Source of the DNA: Chiloscyllium plagiosum
Taxonomy: Eukaryota
DNA length: 64,000 bases
Direction: 5' to 3'
Assembly: GCF_004010195.1 (NCBI RefSeq)
Contig: NC_057718.1
Coordinates: 48,729,859-48,793,858, forward strand
Below are positions 51,799 to 62,604 of this stretch, piece after piece (the first letter of the stretch is position 1; every line of letters begins with the position of its first letter). The position numbers were made by a program, and so were the translations under genes. The notes under the pieces were generated by a model. The model did no database searches and had not been told where the DNA came from. It saw only the letters and a program-made list of their open reading frames with translations.

Positions 51799-51870
51799 TT
51801 CCCTGACCAGGAATTGAACCTAGGCTGCAGCGATGAAAGTGTTGAATCCTAACCACGAGACAACCAGGGC
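51799..51870 (-). pseudogene. tRNA-Glu(TTC) pseudogene
   Basis: GCCCTGGTTGTCTCGTGGTTAGGATTCAACACTTTCATCGCTGCAGCCTAGGTTCAATTCCTGGTCAGGGAA aligns without gaps to vertebrate tRNA-Glu-TTC; A14 is lost and the anticodon stem is broken by CpG-type transitions. Confidence 0.9.
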
Positions 51871-54083
51871 CAAGACTTGGAGAAGAAAAATAATTCAAGT
51901 AGTAAAAGTAATTAATTTCTAGAATACATTCAAAAATTTTCCTAATGAATGTGAACTAATGAGGAACAAGGCCTTGTTAGATGTAGTGATGAGTAGTAAA
52001 TCCAGATTATTTAGATAAATTCTGATGTCCAGTTTTAGATTGATCTCAGGTCTTCTTTTTTCAGACATAGGATTCATCCCATCACTGACTTGCCATGGAA
52101 AATTGATGTCCACAAATTTGCACACAATTCTCTGCATATCTGAATTCTTGAACTGTGTAGTCAACTGTCTTTTGACCTGAGTTTAACAGCCCACTTTATT
52201 ACATATTACAAACAAGTCAGTCTTTAAGTGCAGTCTGTGGTTGTGGGCAACATATTATGATATATTACTATTCACTTTGACACCTTCAGATTCATTTTAG
52301 TACTTGCTAATGTTATTGCAATCTGTGCCAAAATCCAAAATAATAGGTATTTTCCTATTTGATGATCTTAATTTTAAAATGGCAGCCTATTTCTCAATCA
52401 TTCTAGAAATGAACACATTTATGACAATTGAAATGAGCAGCCAATAATTTTAAGTGGTGTGTTTGCCTGGAATAATGTATACAGACTCTGCTTTTCCATC
52501 TCCTGGAACTGTTTCTTTTACTCAAAAATCTCACAAAATCTACAAATCAAATTTATGTGTCTAAGGGGAGACTGCTACTGCAGCTGCTTCCAGAAGAACA
52601 AGAAGGAACTGCAGCATGAGTATAATGGAGTTAACATAGTTAGCTTTCATTACTTTTTTTGGAACAGTGGGAAATAGTTTTCTTTTAATATGATATCAGC
52701 AGAGCGTTATGCACAAATGTGAAGTTCATAGTATTTCAATAACAGTGGATATTTAGGAAGTGGTGACAATGTGCAATCAGCAAAAAAAGGAAGGCAAAAA
52801 TGTCTTGTGGTATTAATGCAGTTACTTGAAACACATTTAAGTCACAAATATCACTGTGGTTGTTTTGCATTTGTACTCAGATCCCTACTCATTCTCAGAA
52901 ACTCTGCTGAGCTCAGGCTGCTTTTGAGATGCAGAGTTTCACAGGAAGGTACTTCTCTCCCAGCTAAAAACTAAGCGCTGGGATCACTGTCATTTTCACT
53001 TAAGCAAGCAGTTCACTTAAAGCGTTAAATGCCACTGATAGTGTGTAATTTCGAAATGAAGCTTTAACTGTAAGATCTTTTGGTAACTGCTTGAATGGCC
53101 AAAGAATTTGGCACTCAAAGCCAATAAAAATTGGGGAAGTAGTTATTATCTCAGTACAGATCAAGCTAGCCTGTCATCACATGTGCAAAAGATAAAGTGG
53201 TGTGTGGTATTGTAGGTTAATGCACACAAATCATAGAAACAGCTTTGGTGATGGCAACATTATAAACATATATTGCAAATCTTTAGCAAATGAGTATTCA
53301 GTAGCGGCAAGATTTAAAGTTTGCCTGATTAGTTTGGCTTAATAATGCATACTATTTGAGAGTAATAACAAGATTTTTCACAGTTCAGAATGGTCAGATT
53401 GATGCCAGGCAAGCACTGAAAAATGACTACAGACTTACATTTTTATAAGACATATAGTTCTTTCTCTAACATGATTAGACTTTCAGAATAGCAAACATTT
53501 ATTCTTTAATTTTCTGTTTTCCAACAACAAATGTCCTTATTCATCATTTAGTGGTCTAATAAATTGTGATATTTCAGTAATTAAAATAAATGCTGATTTA
53601 TAACAAAAAATGCACTCACCAAAGCAGTTTCAGCAAGACAATAGCAGGAACTTCCCAGTCAAAACATATTTATCCTAAGAATTAACATCATAATAGAATT
53701 CTGCTTCCTATTCAAATCAGTGAGAAGCAAAGGTCACATATTTCAAAAATGACTGATCACATTTGCTTATAGTAATGTAAACTTTGCTTATAGAGGCCAC
53801 AAGAAGTGATCACATGCAGGCTCAGATGTGAGTGCATTTTGTAAGTCTTTATTTTCTTTCTGTTTCAATGGTCTGGGCTATACTAGAAAGTTTTCCTTTA
53901 TTAACCCTCAGGTGACATCCTCCAGGATTATCCCAAATTGTTGCAGTGTTAAGCTCTCAGAGGCACTTCCTCAGTCTTAATGAAAACAAAGAATCAGTAT
54001 TGGTACAGGATCTGCAATAGCAGTTTCCATTTATAAAGCTATTTATGTTACCATTAGAAATTATGCTTGTAGTTGTCCTGTAT

Positions 54084-54236
54084 GAAAGCTGACGTTTTGG
54101 ACATATGCCCTTCATCAGGAGGGATAATGCCCAAAACATCGACTCTCCTTCTCGGATGCTGCCTGACCTGCTGTGCTTTTCTAGCACCACACATTTTGAC
54201 TCTAACTCTCTAGCATCTGCAGTCCTTACTTTCTCC
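54084..54236. mobile_element. Asymmetric fold-back PLE-terminal mini-element with hammerhead motif
   Basis: Minus strand CTGATGA a gggc-atat-gtcc AAAA c GTC abuts the plus-strand partial copy gggataatgcccaaaacatcgactc plus the full terminus. Confidence 0.82.
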
Positions 54237-55257
54237 GACAGCGTGAATACACAAAGCTATTCTGGCTGCCCACAGAGGTAACACTGTCTGTTACCATTAC
54301 TTTGGGGAATTCTTGGGCAGACTTAGTTCCTCAAAAAGCTACATACAAGGTTAAAGAAAAGAGTAGTTGTTGGGGATCATTTACAGAGACTTTGGCTTGG
54401 GATTCTTAATGTCAGTTTTATATAAAAACAATACAATTTGTGTTCAACACAACACTCAGATGTACGTTTACACAAGGTATAAAGTACTAATGCAAATTAT
54501 TATTGTCTTCAAGTTATCATGGATCACATTAGGCACTTCTTGACACTGGACTAGAAGGAAATGACAAGGCAATGAGATGAAAGATATTAAAAAATACCAA
54601 TGACACGAACAGAAATAAGAATGGGGACAAATTAAAATCAAATATTGTACAAAAGAAATACTCATCAAAGGTGTATTGTGCTAACTCAGACATGAACATT
54701 AAGAAAAGAAAATGAGAACTGTGTAACGGCTTTCAGTCTATGGGAACACAAGTACAAAATCTGTGCTGGAATATTGTTGCTATGGTTTCTAAATAAATAC
54801 ATATTCAGCATGACAAATCTGTATGAAATTTATGAATGTGTATATATAGTTCAAAATTTCCACATAATCTCTTATACTGCACTAAAACCAGCAAAAATAC
54901 ATTTTTCAAGAAAACTCCTCAGCGTGCCAGATCTATAAATAATGAACTTTATAAAGTGAAGCATTTTAAGTGTATGATCTGAATGTTTCTTGAACTTTCT
55001 GTTCAAATCTCAGGACCCTACCATTACATTTGCAAAGTTTCTTTAGAATATCCATCTATTTAATTTTTTTCAGTGCAACAGCATTGAGCAATTGAGGTGT
55101 GTGTATTGTACAAACATTGTCAAAATAAAGTACATTTAGACAACTGTCCAAGTAAAAACTGAAGAAGTTGCAAATTGTACATTGTTTTGAAAGTGTAATG
55201 TTTATGTTGTTTTCATAATAGGGCACTTACTCACCTTCCAAGCATTTCCAGTCCTGG

Positions 55258-55575
55258 GTTAATGGTGTTGTGGTAATCTCACCGAACTAATCAAACAAGT
55301 ACTCGGGGGACATGAGTTCAAACCCCACAATGACAGCTGGAGGAGTTTTGGTTAAATCCTTGAATCTGGAATGTAAAGCCAGTCTCAATATTTGTCACCG
55401 CACCTGATGACATTTGTTGTAAAAACCTATCTGACTCTTTAGGGAAGGAGTTTTGCCAGTCTTATCTAACATGTGACTCTAGGTACATAACAAACCACTT
55501 GTTATGTGGAAATTAGGGACAGACAACAAAAGTTAGCATTGTCAATGATATCCATATCCCAGGAAAGAATAAAAA
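55258..55575 (+). mobile_element. tRNA-derived SINE (family of 12990-13270)
   Basis: B-box-like gagttcaaacccc; body gtaaaaacctatctg...tttagggaagga; tail aattagggacagacaacaaa...gaataaaaa. Confidence 0.75.
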
Positions 55576-55764
55576 CATGGTTTTCCTTTCCAGATGTGGG
55601 AATGGATTTTCAATGTTACCGAGCTACAATAAAAATGTTCTGCTTCTGTTGGAATGGAGGGGTATGTGTGCAGATGGGGATAGTGATACTACACATGCAT
55701 TCCAACAGATGAAATATTCAGGTAGGCCTGTAAACAGGCAAGCTCCTGAAACAGGCAAGAGGCT

Positions 55765-56150
55765 ATTTATTTCTTTTCATTCTTTTCTGGGATATGGATG
55801 TCACCAGCAAAGCAAACATTGGTTGGTCATCTCTAATTGTCCTTGAATAGAATGGTTTGCTTGGTCAATTCACGGGGTAGTTAAGAGCTAACCATGTTGC
55901 TGTGGTTCCTGAGGCTGGATGACCTAGGAGAGACAGATTTTCTTCTACAAAGGGACATGAGTGAACCCTATGTATTTTTACAACAGTAAATGTGAGCTGT
56001 CATTGTCTTCATTATTGAGACTAGCATTATATTTTAGAGTTATCAATTGAATGCACATTCCAACATCTACCACAGTGACATTTGAAGCTACATCTCTAGA
56101 TTGTTAGGTTGCATTTTTGGATTACAAATCTTGTGATATAATCATTATGT
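55765..56150 (-). mobile_element. tRNA-derived SINE, same family, tail-to-tail with 55258-55575
   Basis: Reverse complement colinear with the preceding copy. Confidence 0.72.
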
Positions 56151-56337
56151 AAGTGTACAAATTGGGCTCCAATGCTGGTTGTAAGACTCAGATTTCAAAT
56201 CATCTGCTGCCCAGGCTTCTCTCATTAAGTGCTTCTTGATGGTAACTCCACAGCTGGGGCTCAAAGCGTTTGTTTCTTGTATTCATATGCTGCCAGGATG
56301 AGCAGGATGGGCACCATAAGGATACTGCAGCTTGCTG

Positions 56338-56465
56338 ACCTGCATTAGTCAGGGGTAAATATAGTAGGGTAGGAGAATGAGTCTGGGTGGGTTACTGATC
56401 AGAGGGTTAGTGTGGACTTGTTGGGTCAAAGGGCCTGTTTCCACACTGTAGGGATTCTATGATGC
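56338..56465 (+). mobile_element. HE1-type SINE 3' part
   Basis: gtggacttgttgggtcaaagggcctgtttccacactgtagggattctatga. Confidence 0.85.
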
Positions 56466-56514
56466 TGAGGGCCCTGACGTGTTCTACTTTCCAGAATTGA
56501 CTCTCCCTTCTGCT

Positions 56515-57738
56515 GGGTAAAAGCAATGACTTCAGATGCTGGAAACTAGAGTCTAGATTAGAGTGGTGCTGGAAAAGCACAGCAGTTCAGGCAGCATCCG
56601 AGGAGCAGTAAAATCAACGTTTCGGGCAAAAGGCCCTCATCCGGAATACAGTCAGAGAGCCTGAAGGGTGGAGAGATAAGTGAGAGGAGGGTGGGGGTGC
56701 GGAGAAAGTAGCATAGAGTAGCACAGAGTACAATAGGTGAATGGGGGAGGGAGGGTGGAGTGGATAGGTGGAAGAGAAGATAGGCAGGTAGGACACGTCA
56801 TGGGATCAGTGCTGAGCTGGAAGTTTGGAACTGGGGTGAGGTGGGGGAAGGGGAAATGAGGAAACTGCCGAAGTCCACATTGATGCCCTGGGGTTGAAGG
56901 GTTCTGAGGCGGAAGATGAGGCGTTCTTCCTCCAGGCGTCTGGTGGTGAGGGAGCGGCGGTGAAGGAGGTCCAGGACCTCCATGTTCTCTGCAGAGTGGG
57001 AGGGGGAGTTGAAATGTTGGGCCACAGGGTGGTGTGGTTGATTGGTGCAGGTGTCCCAGAGATGTTTCCTAAAGCGCTCTGCTAGGAGGCGTCCAATCTC
57101 CCCAATGTAGAGGAGATTGCATCGGGAGCAATGGATACAATAAATGATATTGGTGGATGTGCAGGTAAAACTTTGATGGATGTGGAAGGCTCCTTTAGGC
57201 CCTTGGATGGAGGTGAGGGAGGAGGTGTGGGCGCAGGTTTTGCAATTCCTGCGATGGCAGGGGAAGGTGCCAGGATGGGAGGGTGGACCTGACCAGGTAG
57301 TCACGGAGGGAACGGTCTTTGCGGAAGGCGAAAAGGGGTGGGGAGGGAAACATATTCCTGGTGATGTGGTCAGTTTGGAGATGGCAGAAATGTTGGCGGA
57401 TGATTTGGTTTATGCGAAGGTTGGTAGGGTGGAAGGTGAGCACCAGGGGCATTCTGTCCTTGTTACGGTTGGAGGGGTGGGGTCTGAGGGCGGCGGTGTG
57501 CGATGTGGATGAGATGTGTTTGAGGGCATCTTTAACCATGTGGGAAGGGAAATTGCGGTCTCTAAAGAAGGAGGCCATCTGGTGTGTTCTGTGGTGGAAC
57601 CGGTCCTCCTGGGAGCAGATACGGCGGAGGCGGAGGAATTGGGAATACAGGATGGCATTTTTGCAGGAGGTAGGGTGGGAAGAGGTGTACTCCAGGTAGC
57701 TGTGGGAGTCAGTGGGTTTGTAAAAAATGTAGGTGTCA
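56515..57738 (-). mobile_element. Penelope-like retroelement (Neptune-like), 5'-truncated: RT thumb, Cys linker, GIY-YIG endonuclease, 3' terminus with hammerhead motif
   Basis: IFYKPTDSHSYLEYTSSHPTSCKNAILYSQFLRLRRICS; linker CHRRNCKTC; NIIYCIHCSRCNLLYIGEIGRLLAERFRKH; frameshifted. Motif CGGATGA gggc-ctttt-gccc GAAAcGTT at ~56612-56646. Confidence 0.95.
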
Positions 57739-57949
57739 AGTCTCCCTTCTGCTGCCATAGCTTTAAGCAGCACAAACTTTGTTTTGTAAGTGTAAATGAG
57801 ATTTCTGTTAAACCTTCACCAAACTCACTTCTGTGCACAGAAGCTCTGAGATATTTTGTCACTCATGAGTAAGGATCTATGTTCTTTACAACAAATGGAA
57901 CAATTTGAAAAGATTGGACCAGTAATCAGCAATTTGAGTAAAGTACTGT

Positions 57950-58360
57950 CGGCCATGGCTCAGTTCATAGAGCTCTTGACTCAAAAAGTTGCAGATTCAC
58001 AATGAAATCCAGGCACCCACAACAATGCTGAGAGAACGCGGCTTTGTTGCAAATGCAATCTTTTGGATATAAGTTAAGCCTTGTCCACATGTGTTCTTTC
58101 AGGTGCACATAAAAGATTCTTGGCACTCATTCAAAGAAAATAACATAAGCTCTCTGTGGTGTCCTGGTCAATACTTATCTGTCAAATATCATCCATTTTG
58201 GTTCACGTTGTCATTTTTTAGGAAATTGCTTTGCACGTTTTGCTTGTTGCAACTCACATTAAAACAGTGACTGCACATCAAAACTATTTTATTGGCTGAC
58301 AAGTGTTTTGAGACAATTTGAAGTCATAAAAGACACTTCATAAACACAAGTCTTTTTTTA
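57950..58360 (+). mobile_element. Deu-domain SINE (SacSINE1/AmnSINE1-like), decayed
   Basis: tcttttggatataagttaagcc...caggtgcacataaaagattcttggcactcattcaaagaa...ggtgtcctggtcaatacttat matches the Deu core; L2-like tail. Confidence 0.75.
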
Positions 58361-58677
58361 CTATAAGTACCAATCAACTAAGACTCTCATGGTTAAAAAT
58401 ATACAGGATTTCAGTTTTTTTTAGGCCAGCAGGTGATGTATTTTATAGTATTGAATATGCCACCTTGAAATTTTCTCACCTATCATTTACTTTAGTAAAA
58501 CAGTTACTGATTTAATCCACAATTCAGCTTCCTGTATTTAAAAGCCTGAAATACAGCATACTCAAATGTTGGAAACTTGGTCATTTTAGTGAGTTTGTGA
58601 TATTTGTATCTGCTTATTTTCCTTACCTGATGATTGCAAATTCACAAATAGGGCAGAATTGGCCATGTTGAATTAAA

Positions 58678-59530
58678 GAGTCATAGAGTCATAGAGATGT
58701 ACAGCATGGAAACAGACCCTTCGGTCCAACTCATCCATGCTGACCAGATATCCTAAATTAATCTAGTCCCATTTTCCAGCACTTGGCCCATGTCCCTCTA
58801 AACCCCTCCTATTCATGTACTCACCCAGATACCTTTTAAATGCTGTAATTGGACTAGCCTCCACCACCTCCTCTGGCAGCTCATTCCAAACACGCACCAC
58901 CTTCTGCATGAAAAAGTTGCCCTTTAGGTCCCTTTTAAATCTTTCCCCTCTCATCCTAAACCTATGCACTCTAGTTTTGGACTCCCCAACCCCAGGGAAA
59001 AGACCTTGTGTATTTACCATAACTGTGCTCCTCATGATTTTATAAACTTCTATAAGGTCACCCCTCAGCCTCCGATGCTCCATGGAAACCTGCCCAGCCT
59101 ATTCAGTCTCTCCCTATAACTCAAACCCTCCAACCCTGGCAACATCCTTTTCTGAACCCTTTCAAGTTTCACAACATCCTTTGTGGGCGGCACGGTGGCC
59201 CAGTGGTTAGCACTGCTGCCTCACAGCGCCTGTAGACCCGGGTTCAATTCCCGACTCAGGCGACTGACTGTGTGGAGTTTGCACATTCTCCCCGTGTCTG
59301 CGTGGGTTTCCTCCGGGTGCTCCGGTTTCCTCCCACAGTCCAAAGATGTGCGGGTCAGGTGAATTGGCCATGGGTGTAGGGGCATGGGTGGGTTGCGCTT
59401 CGGCGGGTCGGTGTGGACTTGTTGGGCCGAAGGGCCTGTTTCCACACTGTAAGTAATCTAAATCTAAATCTAAAATCCTTCCTATCGGAGGGAGACCAGA
59501 ATTACGTATAATATTCCAAAAGTGTGTTCT
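58678..59530 (-). mobile_element. CR1 3' fragment interrupted by an HE1 SINE
   Basis: ORF 58763-59083 EHRRLRGDLIEVYKIM...; resumes after the SINE at atccttcctatcggagggagaccagaatt. Confidence 0.95.
59184..59473 (+). mobile_element. Young HE1-type V-SINE, CpGs intact, (AAATCT)n tail, internal deletion
   Basis: Full head and V-domain; atcctt flanks both sides (probable TSD). Confidence 0.96.
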
Positions 59531-59840
59531 GTCAATAGGATATACCTGGCGCCAGTGTTGCAGGTGTACTGGAACATCTTGGCTAGGGTTGCAACAAGTC
59601 CTGGAGCACAAATCTTCAGTACTATTGCTGAAATGTTGTCAGGGTCTTCTCAGTCTATTGAACACCTAGTGGCTTCAGACCTTTGTTGATGTAATGTTGA
59701 GTGAATCAAATTGGCTGAAGACTCTGTGATGCTGGGGATCTCAGGAGGAGGCTGAGGTGACTCATCCATTTAGCACTTCAGGCTGAAGATTGTTGCAAAT
59801 GCTTCAACCTTGTCTTTTGCACGCTATTGTCCACCTTGAT
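59530..59840 (-). mobile_element. ORF2 fragment of a second LINE family (CR1/L2 group), pre-RT region
   Basis: AKDKVEAFATIFSLKC...PPPEIPSITE...DNISAIVLKICAPGLVATLAKMFQYTCNTG. Confidence 0.75.
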
Positions 59841-59899
59841 GATGGGGTTACCAGAGCAGCCTCCTTCTCCAATGAGTCGTTTAATTGTTCATCACTTTT

Positions 59900-60110
59900 C
59901 ATGTCCTCTGTGCATTGGAGTGTGTCTGTGGGAAAGGTGATGAAGCCTGACACCCATTTGAACAGGGCATGAAGTGGGGACTACTGCTTATGAAGTGCAG
60001 CACTAGTCTCCTGGAATGAGGTGGATGCAAAACCTTTTAGGGCTGCTACAACATTGACTGCTAAAGGCACCCCACCAGTCATCTGGTGTGATGGCACATA
60101 TATGTCTGTA
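59900..60110 (-). pseudogene. Second Harbinger transposase fragment
   Basis: GGVPLAVNVVAALKGFASTSFQETSAAL (cf. LPVAVKVTAALxFFASGSFQ). Confidence 0.6.
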
Positions 60111-60549
60111 CATTCTTGGACTTCATCTACGCTGACACTCCAACATACCAAGATGACATGACACTCCATACTCAGGGTAATAGCATAACCTTCTTCTTGG
60201 TTTTACCTCTTCAGGCTGTGTCTCCTGATGATTGGAGACACTTGCTTTTGTCCATGTACCTACTATTATCTGCCTTAATGCCCTGGATGTGTGAGCGATC
60301 TACACTGACACATTTTATAATGGGAAGTCTCTTTCTGTGACGTCCTGGCAGAGTTCTGTGCTGACTACTTTGCTGCCAGGTATTGTTGCACCACTTGAGG
60401 AGGCTCAGCTCTATTCTGTCCTTCCCCACTCTCAAATGTAAGTTCAGCATTTTCGAAAGTAATCTCCCAGTGATCTTAACATACTAATGACAGATTGTGA
60501 TAACTTTTTACAAAGGTATCCCCACCTCTGTTGTCCTTCTAATACTAAT

Positions 60550-60705
60550 AAAAATTGGAAGAACTGCGGATGCTGTAAATCAGAAACTAAAGCAGAAATT
60601 GCAGGAACTGAGGAAGGGTCATTCGACCTGTACAGTTAACTCTGATTTCTCTGCATCGATGCTGCAGACCTGCTGAGCTTTTCCAGAAATTTCTGTTTTT
60701 ATTCC
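60550..60705. mobile_element. Fold-back PLE-terminal mini-element with decayed hammerhead motif
   Basis: Inverted ends aaagcagaaattgc / aatttctgtttt; CTGAGGA a gggtc-attc-gacct at 60608; same family as 32345; tctaata on both flanks. Confidence 0.75.
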
Positions 60706-61334
60706 ATCTAATATAGTCTAATGCTTGAGCGTAACGTGCTACTGAGGTCCTTCACTGCAACATTGGGAATAATGAAGATGGAGTCAGAAAACTTGTTCCA
60801 TGACAGGTACTGGCTTCTCTGATTTCTATCTGATCGCATACGCATGACACACTCCACCCCTTTCTAATCCACAAAACATAATGTAGAGCCAGAAGTAGGG
60901 TTGGTGTTTCCGGGTCAATACTGACACATTTTCGGCTTTCATTCTGACACTAATGGAGAAATGAAATTCCAGGCATTGGGCTATAGCCAGAGATTAGCAT
61001 CCTTTGTACTGGTGCCATCTTTAAACAGTATGGGTGTGTGTTTACTAGTGTTGCCCTTGGAAGGGGTCTAGATACCTTTAACTTGCAGGGCACTACTTAG
61101 GGATGGCAGCATTTAATTCGCCCACTCTGTGTATGGTTTTAGCCATTTCATATCCATTGCTTACTTGTCATTTACTGGATGATGGAAAGCAACAGCTTTA
61201 CTTCACAGAGCTAACTCTACCAAGACAAAGGCAACCCTCACAATTATTGGAAAGTTTAACTGTAAATGATGGAACTCTTCAATGAGCAGATTGCAATTTT
61301 GAGTTGGTGAACTGTGAAATCTGTTACAAAGCTC

Positions 61335-61650
61335 AATGGATACCACTGCTGCCGCACAGCACCAGAGACTCAGGTTTGATTCTGGCCTTGGGTGACTGTC
61401 TGTGTGGAGTTTGCTCATTCTCCCCATGGCTGTGTGGGTTTCTTCTGGGTGCTCCAGTTTTCGCCCACAATCCAAAGGTATGCAGGTTAGGTGGATTGGC
61501 AATGTTAAATTGTCCAGGGATGTGCAAGCTAGGTGGGTTATGGGAAACGCAGGGTTGTAAGGGTCTGGATGGGATTCTCTTTGGAGAGTCAGTATGGACT
61601 CAATGGGCTGAATGTCCTGCTTCTACACGGTAGGGTTTCTACAATTCAAC
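61335..61650 (+). mobile_element. HE1-type V-SINE, older
   Basis: Decayed head, V-domain and tail. Confidence 0.88.
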
Positions 61651-62604
61651 ATGGGATCATTTTGTGACAATTTGCGTAACTCCTTCGGAAGCTAATGAGA
61701 TCAGCTCTTATTCAAAGATGAACAAAAGAAGACCTTTTGCTCCTGTGTAATTAGGTGTTCAAAACTTAGTGCACTGAGGCCTATTTGCCCAAATCCTAGG
61801 GCCACACACATTCCTGGCAATGGAGCACCCATCAAGGAATGAACATTCATATCTAGCGTCATCAAAAATCTGTTCATGATGATTTCCTCTGTTTGCTACT
61901 TTATAAACCCATTAGAATGCATTTATTAGTGCACCAGAAAAAATGAACAGATTAAATCGTTATGAATGGATTTACAGAGGCATTCTTGTTCCTTGCCACA
62001 GACATTTAGAAAATTGTGATGTTTTCTTGGCTAAATTTGTAAAATGTTCTCCCAAATCTCCTCATTACAGTCCCTCTATAGCATACACGTATGTCTTTTG
62101 GGCTGCTAAAATCATTTAGAAAATATAATTCTTCCCACAGGAATGAAAAATGAGTGGAAAGAAATTATGAAGATTGGTCCCACCATTTCCTGCTGTGGAT
62201 ATATTTACAGCAAATTTTTTCATCTGTCAAAATGAAAGTTGCACAAACCCATTTATTTTTGCTCGTTGGATATTTGCCATTAAAGAGATTTTAAATGCAA
62301 CTGGATCAAATGATAACAAACTTGTTCTGATTACTGGATAAGTCCAATAAAAAGTTTTATGGCCATTGTTTTGACCTTATTTATTCTTGGTTTTGAAAGT
62401 TAGGGCATGTTAGTAACTCCCTCTCTCATCTCGCCAGATTGCCAGAAACTCTAATGGATCTCTGAGTTGCACTCAGACAGACACAAATAAACTACAAGAG
62501 AAACTAAATGTAAATCATGGATTTTGTCAGTGCACTGCATTAAAGCAAAATACATTTGGGAACTGTTCATTTTTAAGATATGAAGTTTCAATGAATGTGC
62601 ATAC

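Noticed and set aside
51799..51870. Functional tRNA-Glu gene
   Set aside because: 1:72 mismatch, loss of A14, two A-C mispairs in the anticodon stem and no Pol III terminator; kept only as a pseudogene.
57180..57872. Several long plus-strand ORFs
   Set aside because: Antisense shadows of the Penelope ORF; the same applies to ORFs opposite CR1 copies (e.g. 4914-5213, 35455-35889, 37070-37435).
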